From NCBI GenBank assembly GCA_964424795.1, contig CAYRKG010000001.1:101312-165311 (forward strand): a DNA stretch of 64,000 nucleotides, written 5' to 3'. Source of the DNA: an uncultured Spirochaetota bacterium (GTDB taxonomy: Bacteria > Spirochaetota > B62-G9 > DRHN01). Shown here in pieces: positions 19,041 through 28,483 of the stretch. Numbering within the stretch: the first letter of the stretch is position 1; each line of letters begins with the position of its first letter. The position numbers and the translations under genes are program-made. The notes beneath the pieces were generated by a model that was not told the DNA's origin, did not search any database, and saw only the letters and a program-made list of their open reading frames with translations.

Positions 19041-19173
19041 TGTGTCCCTCTAAAATCTGTTAAGTTTATTAAAGTACTACTATATTTAAAGCTGATAAAT
19101 TAACATTATGGAATAATTCGAATTTCGGCAATAGAAACATATCGATTTTTATTAAATCAATATTCGGATAATA

Positions 19174-20115
19174 ATGATGAGCCACTTTATTTCAAGTTTT
19201 AATCTGTCACCTATTCTCCTGTTAGTAATTGGGTTTTGTGTGAGCACCATGAGCGGCTTTTACGGTATAGGAGGAGGGTGGCTGATAACACCAACACTAA
19301 ACATCCTCGGCCTTCCAATGCCCTATGCTATCGGTACAAGCCTCGTATATATTACAATAACAGCCTTTTTGGGCACCCTGTATCATAGAAAACTAAAAAA
19401 TATCAGCTACATGATTGGAATCGTTACAGGCATAATTACAGTGGCAGGATTATTTATTGGAAAGAGACTTATCTTTTATCTTGAAGGAATTGGCTCTGTA
19501 GATAACTTTGTGAGGATAATCTATATATTCTTTTTAACAATCGTTGGAACCTATATGCTTCTTGAAAAAAAGATCAATCTACAATCACTAAAAACCAGAG
19601 AGAAGGGATTAACAATTCCGCCTATTTTACTTATACATACAGACGATAAAAATATCGTTAAAGTTTCTCTCATTAAACTGCTTTTCATCGGTCTCTTTAT
19701 TGGATTTCTCATAAGTACAATGGGTGTTGGAGGAGGCTTTGTACTGGTACCTATTTTCATATATATCATAAAATTGTCGGTCCCTCAGGCCATTGGAACA
19801 AGTCTATTATCCATTCTAATATCAAGCGTATCAGGATCAATTCTCTATATAACCTCACAGAGGGTTGATTGGTCGGTAGTTTTTTACCTATCATTAGCAG
19901 CAATAATTGGTACATTTATTGGAAGCTATGCTACAAGGCGCGTAAACCCTGAAAAAATAAAGGCATTTTTTGCGATAACCGCTCTTTTCGGAGTTGTCGC
20001 TGTTTTGTCAAAGCAACTAAAGTTTGAACTCCTGAGTAATATTATTATATTCAGTATTATTATTTCTATATTTCTTGTTATTATCTTTACAGCATATGTA
20101 AAAAAGTCTCGATAA
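19174..20115 (+). CDS. TSUP (TauE/SafE) family anion exporter
   Basis: 313 aa, polytopic, with duplicated G(I/V)GGG motifs (FYGIGGGWLITP and STMGVGGGFVLVP). Confidence 0.75.
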   Translation: MMSHFISSFNLSPILLLVIGFCVSTMSGFYGIGGGWLITPTLNILGLPMPYAIGTSLVYITITAFLGTLYHRKLKNISYMIGIVTGIITVAGLFIGKRLIFYLEGIGSVDNFVRIIYIFFLTIVGTYMLLEKKINLQSLKTREKGLTIPPILLIHTDDKNIVKVSLIKLLFIGLFIGFLISTMGVGGGFVLVPIFIYIIKLSVPQAIGTSLLSILISSVSGSILYITSQRVDWSVVFYLSLAAIIGTFIGSYATRRVNPEKIKAFFAITALFGVVAVLSKQLKFELLSNIIIFSIIISIFLVIIFTAYVKKSR

Positions 20116-20124
20116 TACACTATC

Positions 20125-21837
20125 ATGGATATAGAGATGGATTTGCTGCCAAGAGTAGCCATACAGGGAGAAGAGGGTTCTTTTAGTGAAGAGGCTGGAA
20201 TAAAATACTGGGGTAAATCTGTAGTATTTGTTCCTAAAAAGAGCTCCGATGAAGTAATCAAAGCTGTTGAGGAAGAGGATGTGGATTATGGCTTGCTCCC
20301 GATTGAGAATTCCCTTATTGGGAGTATTTCAACTACCTATGACCTTCTTCTTGAGTCTCATCTGCCAATTATCGGTGAGGTCATTGCACCAATTTCACAC
20401 TATCTCCTGGCTATTAAAAAGGTGCCCCTGAATGATATCAGAAGGATATTTTCCCATCCTGTTGCTCTCTCCCAGTGTTCAAGCTTTCTACAGAATCTGA
20501 AAAATTGCGAGATAATTCCAATATATGATACTGCTGGTAGTGCATTAAAAATTTCTAAAGAAAAGGACTCAAAATCTGCAGCAATTGCAAGTAGACTGGC
20601 TGCAAGAATATACAACCTTGAAATACTTGCTGAAAAACTGGAGGATTATCCAAATAACCAAACGCGGTTCATCATTATTTCAAAAAATGCTGCAGAAACA
20701 TACCATAAAAACGCAAAAACATCGATTATTTTTACAACACTTCACCAGCCCGGGTCGCTCTATAAAGTATTGAAAGTATTCAACGATTATGGCATAAATC
20801 TCACAAAGCTCGAATCTCGTCCTCACAAAACAGAAACATGGAGATACTATTTCTATCTGGATTTTGAGGGGCATATACAGGAGTCAATGGTTAAAGAGAG
20901 CCTGGAAGAATTAAAAGAACAGACGAACTTTCTGAAAATATTGGGAAGCTATCCCATATGGACCGGTATGAAAAAGATGGAGTATGTAGAAGCTCATAAA
21001 GGTAAAGATAAATCCAGGCTTCCATTGTACAGCTATGAAAGGAAAGAGAAACGTACAGTAATCTCATTAAAAAGTCGCAACATGAGCGAGGTTTTAATTG
21101 GTAGTGGCAACTTCACGATTATAGCTGGGCCATGCTCTGTAGAGGGAAGAAAGCAGCTATTTAAAACAGCTAATCTTATTAAAGAATCAGGGGTGAAAAT
21201 ACTTCGCGGAGGGGCCTTTAAACCAAGAACATCTCCATACAGCTTTCAGGGCCTTGAAGAAGAAGGACTTAGGCTTCTCAAAGAGGCAAAAGACACCTAT
21301 AGCTTATACATCATATCAGAGGTGGTTTCACCAGCTGATGTGGAACTGGTCTCGAAATATGTTGACATCCTTCAGGTGGGTGCACGTAACATGCAGAACT
21401 TTACACTTTTAAAAGAAATAGGTAATATAAACAAACCTGTACTTTTGAAACGGGGGATGTCTGCAACAATAGATGAGTTACTTCTCTCTGCTGAATATAT
21501 ACTGAAACAGGGCAATGAAAATGTTATTCTCTGTGAAAGAGGGATCAGAACATTCGAACCAACAACGAGAAACACACTCGATCTTTCCGCAGTTCCAATA
21601 CTCAAAGAAAAGGCCCACCTTCCCGTTTTTGTTGATCCCAGTCATGGAACTGGCAATAGAAGACTTATTCTTCCAATGAGCAAAGCTGCAATGGCAGCAG
21701 GTGCAGATGGAGTTATTGTCGAGGTACATTTTCAACCCGAATCAGCCATGAGCGACGGAGATCAATCTCTTGATTCTTCTATGTATAGAGATTTCATAAA
21801 GGAATTAACCTGGCTTTTAGAAAGGTTAAATTCGTAG
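20125..21837 (+). CDS. Fusion protein: prephenate dehydratase + ACT domain + type I-beta DAHP synthase
   Basis: 570 aa. The N-terminal part has PDT motifs ([28 protein letters not shown]) and an ACT region (TSIIFTT...LESRP). The C-terminal ~270 aa carries AroF/KDO8PS-like motifs ([42 protein letters not shown]). Confidence 0.8.
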   Translation: MDIEMDLLPRVAIQGEEGSFSEEAGIKYWGKSVVFVPKKSSDEVIKAVEEEDVDYGLLPIENSLIGSISTTYDLLLESHLPIIGEVIAPISHYLLAIKKVPLNDIRRIFSHPVALSQCSSFLQNLKNCEIIPIYDTAGSALKISKEKDSKSAAIASRLAARIYNLEILAEKLEDYPNNQTRFIIISKNAAETYHKNAKTSIIFTTLHQPGSLYKVLKVFNDYGINLTKLESRPHKTETWRYYFYLDFEGHIQESMVKESLEELKEQTNFLKILGSYPIWTGMKKMEYVEAHKGKDKSRLPLYSYERKEKRTVISLKSRNMSEVLIGSGNFTIIAGPCSVEGRKQLFKTANLIKESGVKILRGGAFKPRTSPYSFQGLEEEGLRLLKEAKDTYSLYIISEVVSPADVELVSKYVDILQVGARNMQNFTLLKEIGNINKPVLLKRGMSATIDELLLSAEYILKQGNENVILCERGIRTFEPTTRNTLDLSAVPILKEKAHLPVFVDPSHGTGNRRLILPMSKAAMAAGADGVIVEVHFQPESAMSDGDQSLDSSMYRDFIKELTWLLERLNS

Positions 21838-23079
21838 CACTTTTCCATCATCAAGGGTTATCGGAGCATCAATCGGCCCTCCAAAATCTGTCACAAGACA
21901 CCCAGCTCCAATCCTGGAATACTGCGGAATCGAAATACCCTCACTAATAATCGTTAGCCCCCTTTTAAGGATATGGTAGTAATCTTTATTCTCAATATCG
22001 ATTTCCCTGCCGATTATTGATCCACCTCCAATAACTCGCCCATTGCCCTTTAGTATAAGAGAATTCTCTATTATCACTCCCTCTTCTATCCTATTTAAAG
22101 GTAGTATTACAGAATTATTTACCATTGACCTTTTGCCAATATTAACGCCATTAAAAATCACCGAGTTTTTTACAACTCCCTCTACCCTTACGCCACCCCC
22201 TAACAAGCTATTAGTGATAACTCCACTTTCAGAGATAGTAATATTAGAAAGAGAGGATACCATCAATTTTCTATATATTTCAATAAAGTTTTTGAGTTTA
22301 AGATAATTCATGATTTTCAAATTCTCTCTATAATATTCAAAAGAGTTCCTCAATAGGAATGAGAATCCCGAAATATCTATAATCCTCTCAAAATTATAAA
22401 AAAAGAATTTATCAAATAGCCATGAGGCCAAATTATCACATAACCCGTCCTCCCATTTGTGCAACACATTGACCAAATCTTTCTTCTTCATAGCATACAA
22501 ATCAGATGGAACCTTACCTACATGTATTTTTACAGTACCCTGTAAACCTCTCAATCTACTAGCGAGAGTACGCCAATTCAGAATCGTGATATTACCGGTT
22601 CTCCCTATAATGATATTTTCACATATCTCTTGTTTATTTAATAGATTAAGAAGCCGCTTTACTACATCCTTCTCATTGAGAGGAAAAATCGTAAAAGGAA
22701 CAGAGCCTATAATCGATATGTTGAGAATATCACGAATCCTGAAATTACTCCATATAGGTAGATCAGAAAGCACGGGCCACTTTCCTATGCTTATGGGAGC
22801 AGCCTCTCCATTCTTAGATGGGATTATCCGTTTATTGCCGGTATACCTATTCCTCCTTGGGAGATTTTTGCGAATGGGCCGGTTATTCTTTTCCTTAAAT
22901 AAAGATGTTTCACCCCTTTCTGTAATATCACTATCCTCTTGCAATATATCAACATCATCTCCAGATTGGTTTAATCTATTCAAAGTTTTTAAAGAAGAAA
23001 TGTCTCTCTCGTAATGAGTGAAACCTATAAAGGTTCTGCTAATCACTTCATCTAATATAAGTATATGAAATCTTTCCAT
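21826..23079 (-). CDS. Protein with a GlgC/GlgD-like C-terminal left-handed beta-helix and an unrecognised N-terminal half
   Basis: 417 aa. Hexapeptide-repeat region ([43 protein letters not shown]...). No nucleotidyltransferase GxGxRL motif was seen. Confidence 0.4.
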   Translation of the reverse strand: MERFHILILDEVISRTFIGFTHYERDISSLKTLNRLNQSGDDVDILQEDSDITERGETSLFKEKNNRPIRKNLPRRNRYTGNKRIIPSKNGEAAPISIGKWPVLSDLPIWSNFRIRDILNISIIGSVPFTIFPLNEKDVVKRLLNLLNKQEICENIIIGRTGNITILNWRTLASRLRGLQGTVKIHVGKVPSDLYAMKKKDLVNVLHKWEDGLCDNLASWLFDKFFFYNFERIIDISGFSFLLRNSFEYYRENLKIMNYLKLKNFIEIYRKLMVSSLSNITISESGVITNSLLGGGVRVEGVVKNSVIFNGVNIGKRSMVNNSVILPLNRIEEGVIIENSLILKGNGRVIGGGSIIGREIDIENKDYYHILKRGLTIISEGISIPQYSRIGAGCLVTDFGGPIDAPITLDDGKVLRI

Positions 23080-23097
23080 TCTTATATTAACATTTTA

Positions 23098-23125
23098 TTG
23101 CAATTTATAATCGCTATAGTATAAT
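23098..23125 (+). promoter_or_regulatory. Sigma-70-like promoter for the 753-aa gene
   Basis: TTGCAA-16 nt-TATAAT, ~27 nt upstream of ATG 23152. AAGAGGA RBS. Confidence 0.45.
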
Positions 23126-23151
23126 ATATATGATAAATAAGAGGAACCAAA

Positions 23152-25413
23152 ATGGAAAACAGTACCTTTCCTTCAGAAAAAAGGGTATTCCAGATAGACA
23201 ATGAGTGTTACATCGTATACCTTGGTTCAGATAGGGAAGACTATAAACCCTTTTTAAGAGTAGGCAATTCCAAATCCCTCACACAGGAAATAATTTCTAA
23301 CATATATAATATAATTATTACAGACTCATACATCGGGAATCCTTCACTGGAAGCTTTTAATATTAACACAGTAAATATACATGAAAACAGGTATGTCGGT
23401 AACGAAAATACAATCAGAAAGTTCCTTGTATTTCTCAATAATTTTAATATAGAAACAAGTAAAATAACCCAGTATCAAAAAATAAAAACAGAGGACAACA
23501 AGGCTCTGGTCTTTTTCTACGACGATGGAAATGTAAACCTCAATTATGATAAAAAGTTACTTTTCGATTTAAAGAGCAGAGAAAAGAAGGATTTACACTT
23601 TATTGAAAAGACAAAATGGATAATGGCTCAGTTTCTAAAAAATTCTCTTCGATATTCCCCCTCTGACTTCAATAAACCAGGATTTGCAATGGTAAAAAAT
23701 TCAGTCGTTCTGTTCAATAGAGAAAAGATTATCGCATTTTCTCTTCCAGATGATTATTTCTATACCTTTACACAATCCGGTATTGATCCTGACCTCATAT
23801 CAGCCGTTATTACAGAAGATGCTACAGAATCTATAATCGATCTTTTAAAAAGAAAGAAATATAAAAAGGAAAAAATAGATGTTCTTTCAAGGAATATGCC
23901 ACTTCTTAAGAGTGCCCTCGATTTATTTGAAAGCTCCAAAGAGGATTCATTAAAGTCCACTCTCTCGGATTTAACAAAAAAAAGCGCTGTTACTAAATTT
24001 GACTATACCATTAGAGCGAATAAAGATGCCCTGCGATTTAAGAATAAAGAAATTCCCTATTCTATATCAATCTCAGATAAACTTGAGAAGGCAGCTGAGA
24101 AGGAGCTTTTAATAAATCACACAAAAAAGGCTTTCACCCTCCCGGGGAGAAGTGTAAGAGAATCTGTAAAAATACCAGAAGGAATCCCTCATATTTTTAT
24201 TATGGAAGAGCCGCCCATTAGGGGGCTGCTAGAGACCTTTTTCAAAGAACTATTAACCCCTTTCGTGGACCTTCTGAGCTCCGTAGAATTAGTTCTCATA
24301 AAACAGCTCGAAAGCCTCTTCAATGATATTATAAACGATACAAAATTTCACGGCAGTCTTAAAAATGTAAAGAGAGGAATAAATAGGATTAAGATTAACT
24401 CCAAGAGCAGTGTGATCTTTCTCCTCTCCAATGCCGGGGAAATATGCTCACTACTTATAAACATGAAGAAGAATAAACAGGATGCTGTTCGCTCTCTCTC
24501 AAATATAAAAGCAAGTATTAACAAACGCCTTCGATCAATAGAAACAGTTGACATCAGTCTTCCTCTCATCTGCAATCTATATATATCTGAGCAGGGCACA
24601 TATAGCTTATATAGGCTATTTAAAAACACTGTTACAAAAGATGAATATAGTCTATCACAGGATATTATCAGTACCATTGAGGAAAAGGTAAGAGGAAAAA
24701 ATGAATATTTTCAACAGGAAAGAAGACGACTTATAGATCTCATAGATGAATTAATGTTACCACCATCTGCTGTTGAAGCTAAAGTTAAACCAGGTGCCCG
24801 AAAAGAGGAAATGCCTGTTACAGCCCGTGAAAAAAGGAAGACCCTGATCAAAAGGATATTCATTCCTGTTGGAATTGTCCTCGTTTTAGGTATTGCTTTT
24901 TCACTTTTTTTTCTTATTCCAAGAAAGGGTAAAATTGAAACTAAAGAAGAGGAAGTAGTAATAGAACAAACCCTGAAAGTTGAGACTCCTGAAAAAACAT
25001 TGGAGCCACATTTCTCTTTGAGTGATATAGAGATAACTGTTTTAGACATATACAGAGTTACAAACGAAATTGCAAAAGCAAACGGGTATAGAGAATTAGA
25101 CAAAGTAGAAGAACTCGGTAAAGATCCTGACTGGATATATCCTGAGAATGTATTTTTTCTCCCCGATAAAACAAGCTGTACTGTAAAAACTGGGGATACC
25201 ATTTGGTATATTGCAAATAGATACATTAAAGAAACACTTGATCATGATTGGGAAAAGTATCTCTCTATACTAAAAGAACTTGACAAAAACAAGATTAATA
25301 TGAATAATAGAAAAAGGCTCATATCAGAGCTTGAATTACTTAGGGAAAGTTCATACAGCGAAAACTTTGCAAAGGAGATAGATAAAGGCCTTAAAGATTT
25401 AGCGATGAAATAG
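23152..25413 (+). CDS. Bitopic membrane protein: ~560-aa cytoplasmic region, one TM, periplasmic LysM-like C-terminus
   Basis: 753 aa. TM segment IFIPVGIVLVLGIAFSLFFLI. LysM-like motifs are VLDIYRVTNEIAKANGY...DPDWIYPENVFFLP and TVKTGDTIWYIANRY. Confidence 0.5.
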   Translation: MENSTFPSEKRVFQIDNECYIVYLGSDREDYKPFLRVGNSKSLTQEIISNIYNIIITDSYIGNPSLEAFNINTVNIHENRYVGNENTIRKFLVFLNNFNIETSKITQYQKIKTEDNKALVFFYDDGNVNLNYDKKLLFDLKSREKKDLHFIEKTKWIMAQFLKNSLRYSPSDFNKPGFAMVKNSVVLFNREKIIAFSLPDDYFYTFTQSGIDPDLISAVITEDATESIIDLLKRKKYKKEKIDVLSRNMPLLKSALDLFESSKEDSLKSTLSDLTKKSAVTKFDYTIRANKDALRFKNKEIPYSISISDKLEKAAEKELLINHTKKAFTLPGRSVRESVKIPEGIPHIFIMEEPPIRGLLETFFKELLTPFVDLLSSVELVLIKQLESLFNDIINDTKFHGSLKNVKRGINRIKINSKSSVIFLLSNAGEICSLLINMKKNKQDAVRSLSNIKASINKRLRSIETVDISLPLICNLYISEQGTYSLYRLFKNTVTKDEYSLSQDIISTIEEKVRGKNEYFQQERRRLIDLIDELMLPPSAVEAKVKPGARKEEMPVTAREKRKTLIKRIFIPVGIVLVLGIAFSLFFLIPRKGKIETKEEEVVIEQTLKVETPEKTLEPHFSLSDIEITVLDIYRVTNEIAKANGYRELDKVEELGKDPDWIYPENVFFLPDKTSCTVKTGDTIWYIANRYIKETLDHDWEKYLSILKELDKNKINMNNRKRLISELELLRESSYSENFAKEIDKGLKDLAMK

Positions 25414-25576
25414 CAGTTTTAAAATTTTCTGAACACCATTTTTAGTGTTCATCAAACCTATTTAAGGAGTAAATTTATTTCGATTTATCTTTACAAGATA
25501 GTTAAAATATTTTATCATTGTAACTATAATATACTATGAATTATGAGTGACTTTATGAGTCAGAAAGGAGAGTAAT

Positions 25577-27568
25577 ATGGCAGGCGAACTTCCAAGAAGT
25601 CCAAATATCTTTCACCCTACAAAACCCTCCGCAGTAGGCTCACGACACAGCTTAGCACAGGAGGGCAGGATTCAGGAGGAAGAGTTTAAACGCCTTATAG
25701 AAGAAGAAACAGAAAAGGTTTTGAAAACAATTTCTGTTAAACTTCCCAAAGAGGTTCTGGATAAACTCGAAATAATGGGTGGAATAAAGGCAAAGCTTTA
25801 CAACTATTTTAATCAGAACTATCAAAACATGTTCAACAGGTATCTGGTTACCACTGAAGATGAGCTGGTAAAAAAGGTCAGGAACTTCGTTGATAAGGAA
25901 GAAATGAAAACCCTTGCCCGGTATACACCAAAAGAGATTACCCAAATGCTCGACCAAATCGCTGGGGCAGACAAGTTTAACACCGGTGAAATTGAAAAAT
26001 CAATCGTTAATATGTACGGACATCTACAGGGGCATGTTCAGAGAGGCCTAAATGACCTCGAAAATGAAACAAATGCGCTTCTGAGACAGAAAACCGATGT
26101 TGGTGCATTCATCAGGGGGGAGAATGCATATTCAATCGTTAAGTGTTCATTTAAGGATAATTCTACCAGACCGAAGACAGTTTCTGACGTAAAGCTTTCA
26201 GTAAATATTCTCGATTCAGAACTGATAAGTCCTATTTTCCAGTACCAGGCAACTGTTGAATTCTTGATCAAGGATCAAATTTCGAATACCATAATGGATC
26301 TGATTGATCGGGAACTCGAGCGTTTTAAAGACCAGCTCGTTGATGAAGGAAAGGCTGAGCTTTCCGACGGTGAAGTAATGTTTGAGAAGATGAAACGGGT
26401 TACTAACTTTACAGATGATGAAAAAGAGGATGAAAAATCGAGGCGCTATACCTTTATGGCAAAAAGCCTCATGGATAAAATTGAGGGATTGAGGGCTGAA
26501 ATAGATCAGAAGGAGTTTGATCCTTTAAATATCAGGGAAACCCTTAAAAAGATCGTGGATATGGAAAATATCAGAAACAGAGGTTTTAACACAGCTGTAA
26601 ACTCTATTACTTCTATCCTCGATACCAGCAAGATGGGCTACCAGTACATCGAAAATTTAAAGAATGCACGCGAAACAATAATAAGGGAGTATGAGGATAC
26701 AGATCCTAACAGACTGCCAGATGAAAGATACTCGATGAGACTGAAGTACTACGATCAGGCCCAGCTTTTAAAGGAGAGAGAGGCTTACGATAAACAGGTG
26801 GAAGAGTTTGTAAAGGAGGTCCAACACCTCTGGGATGTAACAGAGATCGTATATCAAAATAGTAAATCATTCTTGCGTGTAAATGATTTCCAAGATATTG
26901 CAAAGAGGGCAAAGAACAAGATAAAGAGACAGATCAAGAGTTTATCTGGTGAGCCACTCTATGAGGATATGAAAAAAACCTGGAATGAGATAGTGTCCAT
27001 TAAAGCAGGTGAGACCGATGTGGAAAAGCTGAACGAGACCTATGTCTATGAAAAAAACCTTCTCAAAAAGATGCTCAGAAAAACAAGGGAAAAGGTGCAG
27101 ACGATCTACGGATACCAGAATCCAAAAACGAGGGTAATATTAGACGAGAGGATAAACTTCCTGGAAAGGGAGTTTGAAGAGTTTGAATATATCATCAACC
27201 CCTACCACATACAGCCAGGTGTAATACTCGACGTAGATATTACAAGCATTAAAAGAAAGAAGTTCACCCTAAATAGTATGGCAAATGTGCTGAATGAGTT
27301 TCTCCATGGCATCTCTAAGGGGTTTCAGGATGCTGCCTTTGCCTCTTTCAGGAGGAGAAGATCAACTATGAGGGAAGATATTGCCCAGACATTCGCTGAG
27401 GGGGAGAGTATCTCTGAAGGTCCAGCTTCATACGCTGAATCTATCGTGAGTGAAACTGCTGCATCTCCAGCAAGACAGGCTCCAGGGCCCACTGGAGTAA
27501 AAAAGAAAGCAGATGTCACTCCAACAAAAAGAAAAAAAACTGACTTTGAAGACCTAAAAGAGCTATAA
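25577..27568 (+). CDS. Large acidic helical protein of unknown function; possible spirochaetal cytoplasmic filament protein (CfpA-like)
   Basis: 663 aa (~77 kDa), no TM, rich in charged helical segments. The size, and the order large protein / ~300-aa protein / ppdK, match my recollection of the Treponema cfpA locus. Not verified. Confidence 0.35.
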   Translation: MAGELPRSPNIFHPTKPSAVGSRHSLAQEGRIQEEEFKRLIEEETEKVLKTISVKLPKEVLDKLEIMGGIKAKLYNYFNQNYQNMFNRYLVTTEDELVKKVRNFVDKEEMKTLARYTPKEITQMLDQIAGADKFNTGEIEKSIVNMYGHLQGHVQRGLNDLENETNALLRQKTDVGAFIRGENAYSIVKCSFKDNSTRPKTVSDVKLSVNILDSELISPIFQYQATVEFLIKDQISNTIMDLIDRELERFKDQLVDEGKAELSDGEVMFEKMKRVTNFTDDEKEDEKSRRYTFMAKSLMDKIEGLRAEIDQKEFDPLNIRETLKKIVDMENIRNRGFNTAVNSITSILDTSKMGYQYIENLKNARETIIREYEDTDPNRLPDERYSMRLKYYDQAQLLKEREAYDKQVEEFVKEVQHLWDVTEIVYQNSKSFLRVNDFQDIAKRAKNKIKRQIKSLSGEPLYEDMKKTWNEIVSIKAGETDVEKLNETYVYEKNLLKKMLRKTREKVQTIYGYQNPKTRVILDERINFLEREFEEFEYIINPYHIQPGVILDVDITSIKRKKFTLNSMANVLNEFLHGISKGFQDAAFASFRRRRSTMREDIAQTFAEGESISEGPASYAESIVSETAASPARQAPGPTGVKKKADVTPTKRKKTDFEDLKEL

Positions 27569-27570
27569 TC

Positions 27571-28467
27571 ATGGACAATGAACTGAATATTCTTTCAAGA
27601 AGGTCAGGTTTTAATACAGCTCTGCGTCACTTTAAAACTGTTACAGGATACGTTCCAGAAATCACAGATGGTGTAAATCTTGCCGATCTCATCAACGAAT
27701 CTCTTCAAGAGAAAGCCATTCAAAGATTCCAGGTAAAATCAATTATCAATTCACTGCTTGTTGATAAGTTCGGGTATGACTATAGGTCACACAATATTGA
27801 AAAAACAATTGAAAATGCAAAAAATGTTGTAGATACAATCTCTAAGTGGGGGAATTTACATTTTATTCTATCCTACTTCCATCCTCAAACAGGTTTGTCT
27901 GTCATAAATCCAAAAAAGGTCATGCAGTGGGAAAGCATACTCCCCCTTACAAAGGACGAATTCATAGTAGTGTACAGTGGACCTGTATTTAATAAGATTG
28001 ACAACACTCTACTTAGCTCAGCAATAGCCGATTTTTTAAGTCTCCTCTATGGAATCGAGGTCAAGTCAAAAAAGGAATACCTAGGGGAAAAGAGAGAAGA
28101 GGAAGCTCCTCCAGAAGCAGAGGTTCAAGTTCTGAAAAGGAGGGTAACGCCAAGATATTCTGTACAGGTTACAAACGAGCTCTTCCACAATGGAAATGTA
28201 GAAGCATGGAAAAAGATTGTGGAGAGCTACAATACAAGTTACCCGGACCTTGAAGTACTCATCTGGTATGAGAGCGAGAGGATCAACGATATTAATGCCC
28301 TTTTTAAATGGGGTAAGGTAAAACATGGCGGACTGATCTTCTTCAGCGTTGCAGGTGAAAATGTAAAAAACGTTTCCAAACTACAGAGATACCTCTTTGA
28401 AGGTGCAAGCCCCAGATTCGAAGCTTTCCTCAGAGGAGGAGTTGGAAGGGTGCTTGACCTATTTTGA
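27571..28467 (+). CDS. Hypothetical protein translationally coupled to the 663-aa gene
   Basis: 298 aa. Its ATG lies 2 nt after the upstream stop. No motif recognised. Confidence 0.4.
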   Translation: MDNELNILSRRSGFNTALRHFKTVTGYVPEITDGVNLADLINESLQEKAIQRFQVKSIINSLLVDKFGYDYRSHNIEKTIENAKNVVDTISKWGNLHFILSYFHPQTGLSVINPKKVMQWESILPLTKDEFIVVYSGPVFNKIDNTLLSSAIADFLSLLYGIEVKSKKEYLGEKREEEAPPEAEVQVLKRRVTPRYSVQVTNELFHNGNVEAWKKIVESYNTSYPDLEVLIWYESERINDINALFKWGKVKHGGLIFFSVAGENVKNVSKLQRYLFEGASPRFEAFLRGGVGRVLDLF

Positions 28468-28483
28468 TTGGTTGGGTTAAAAA

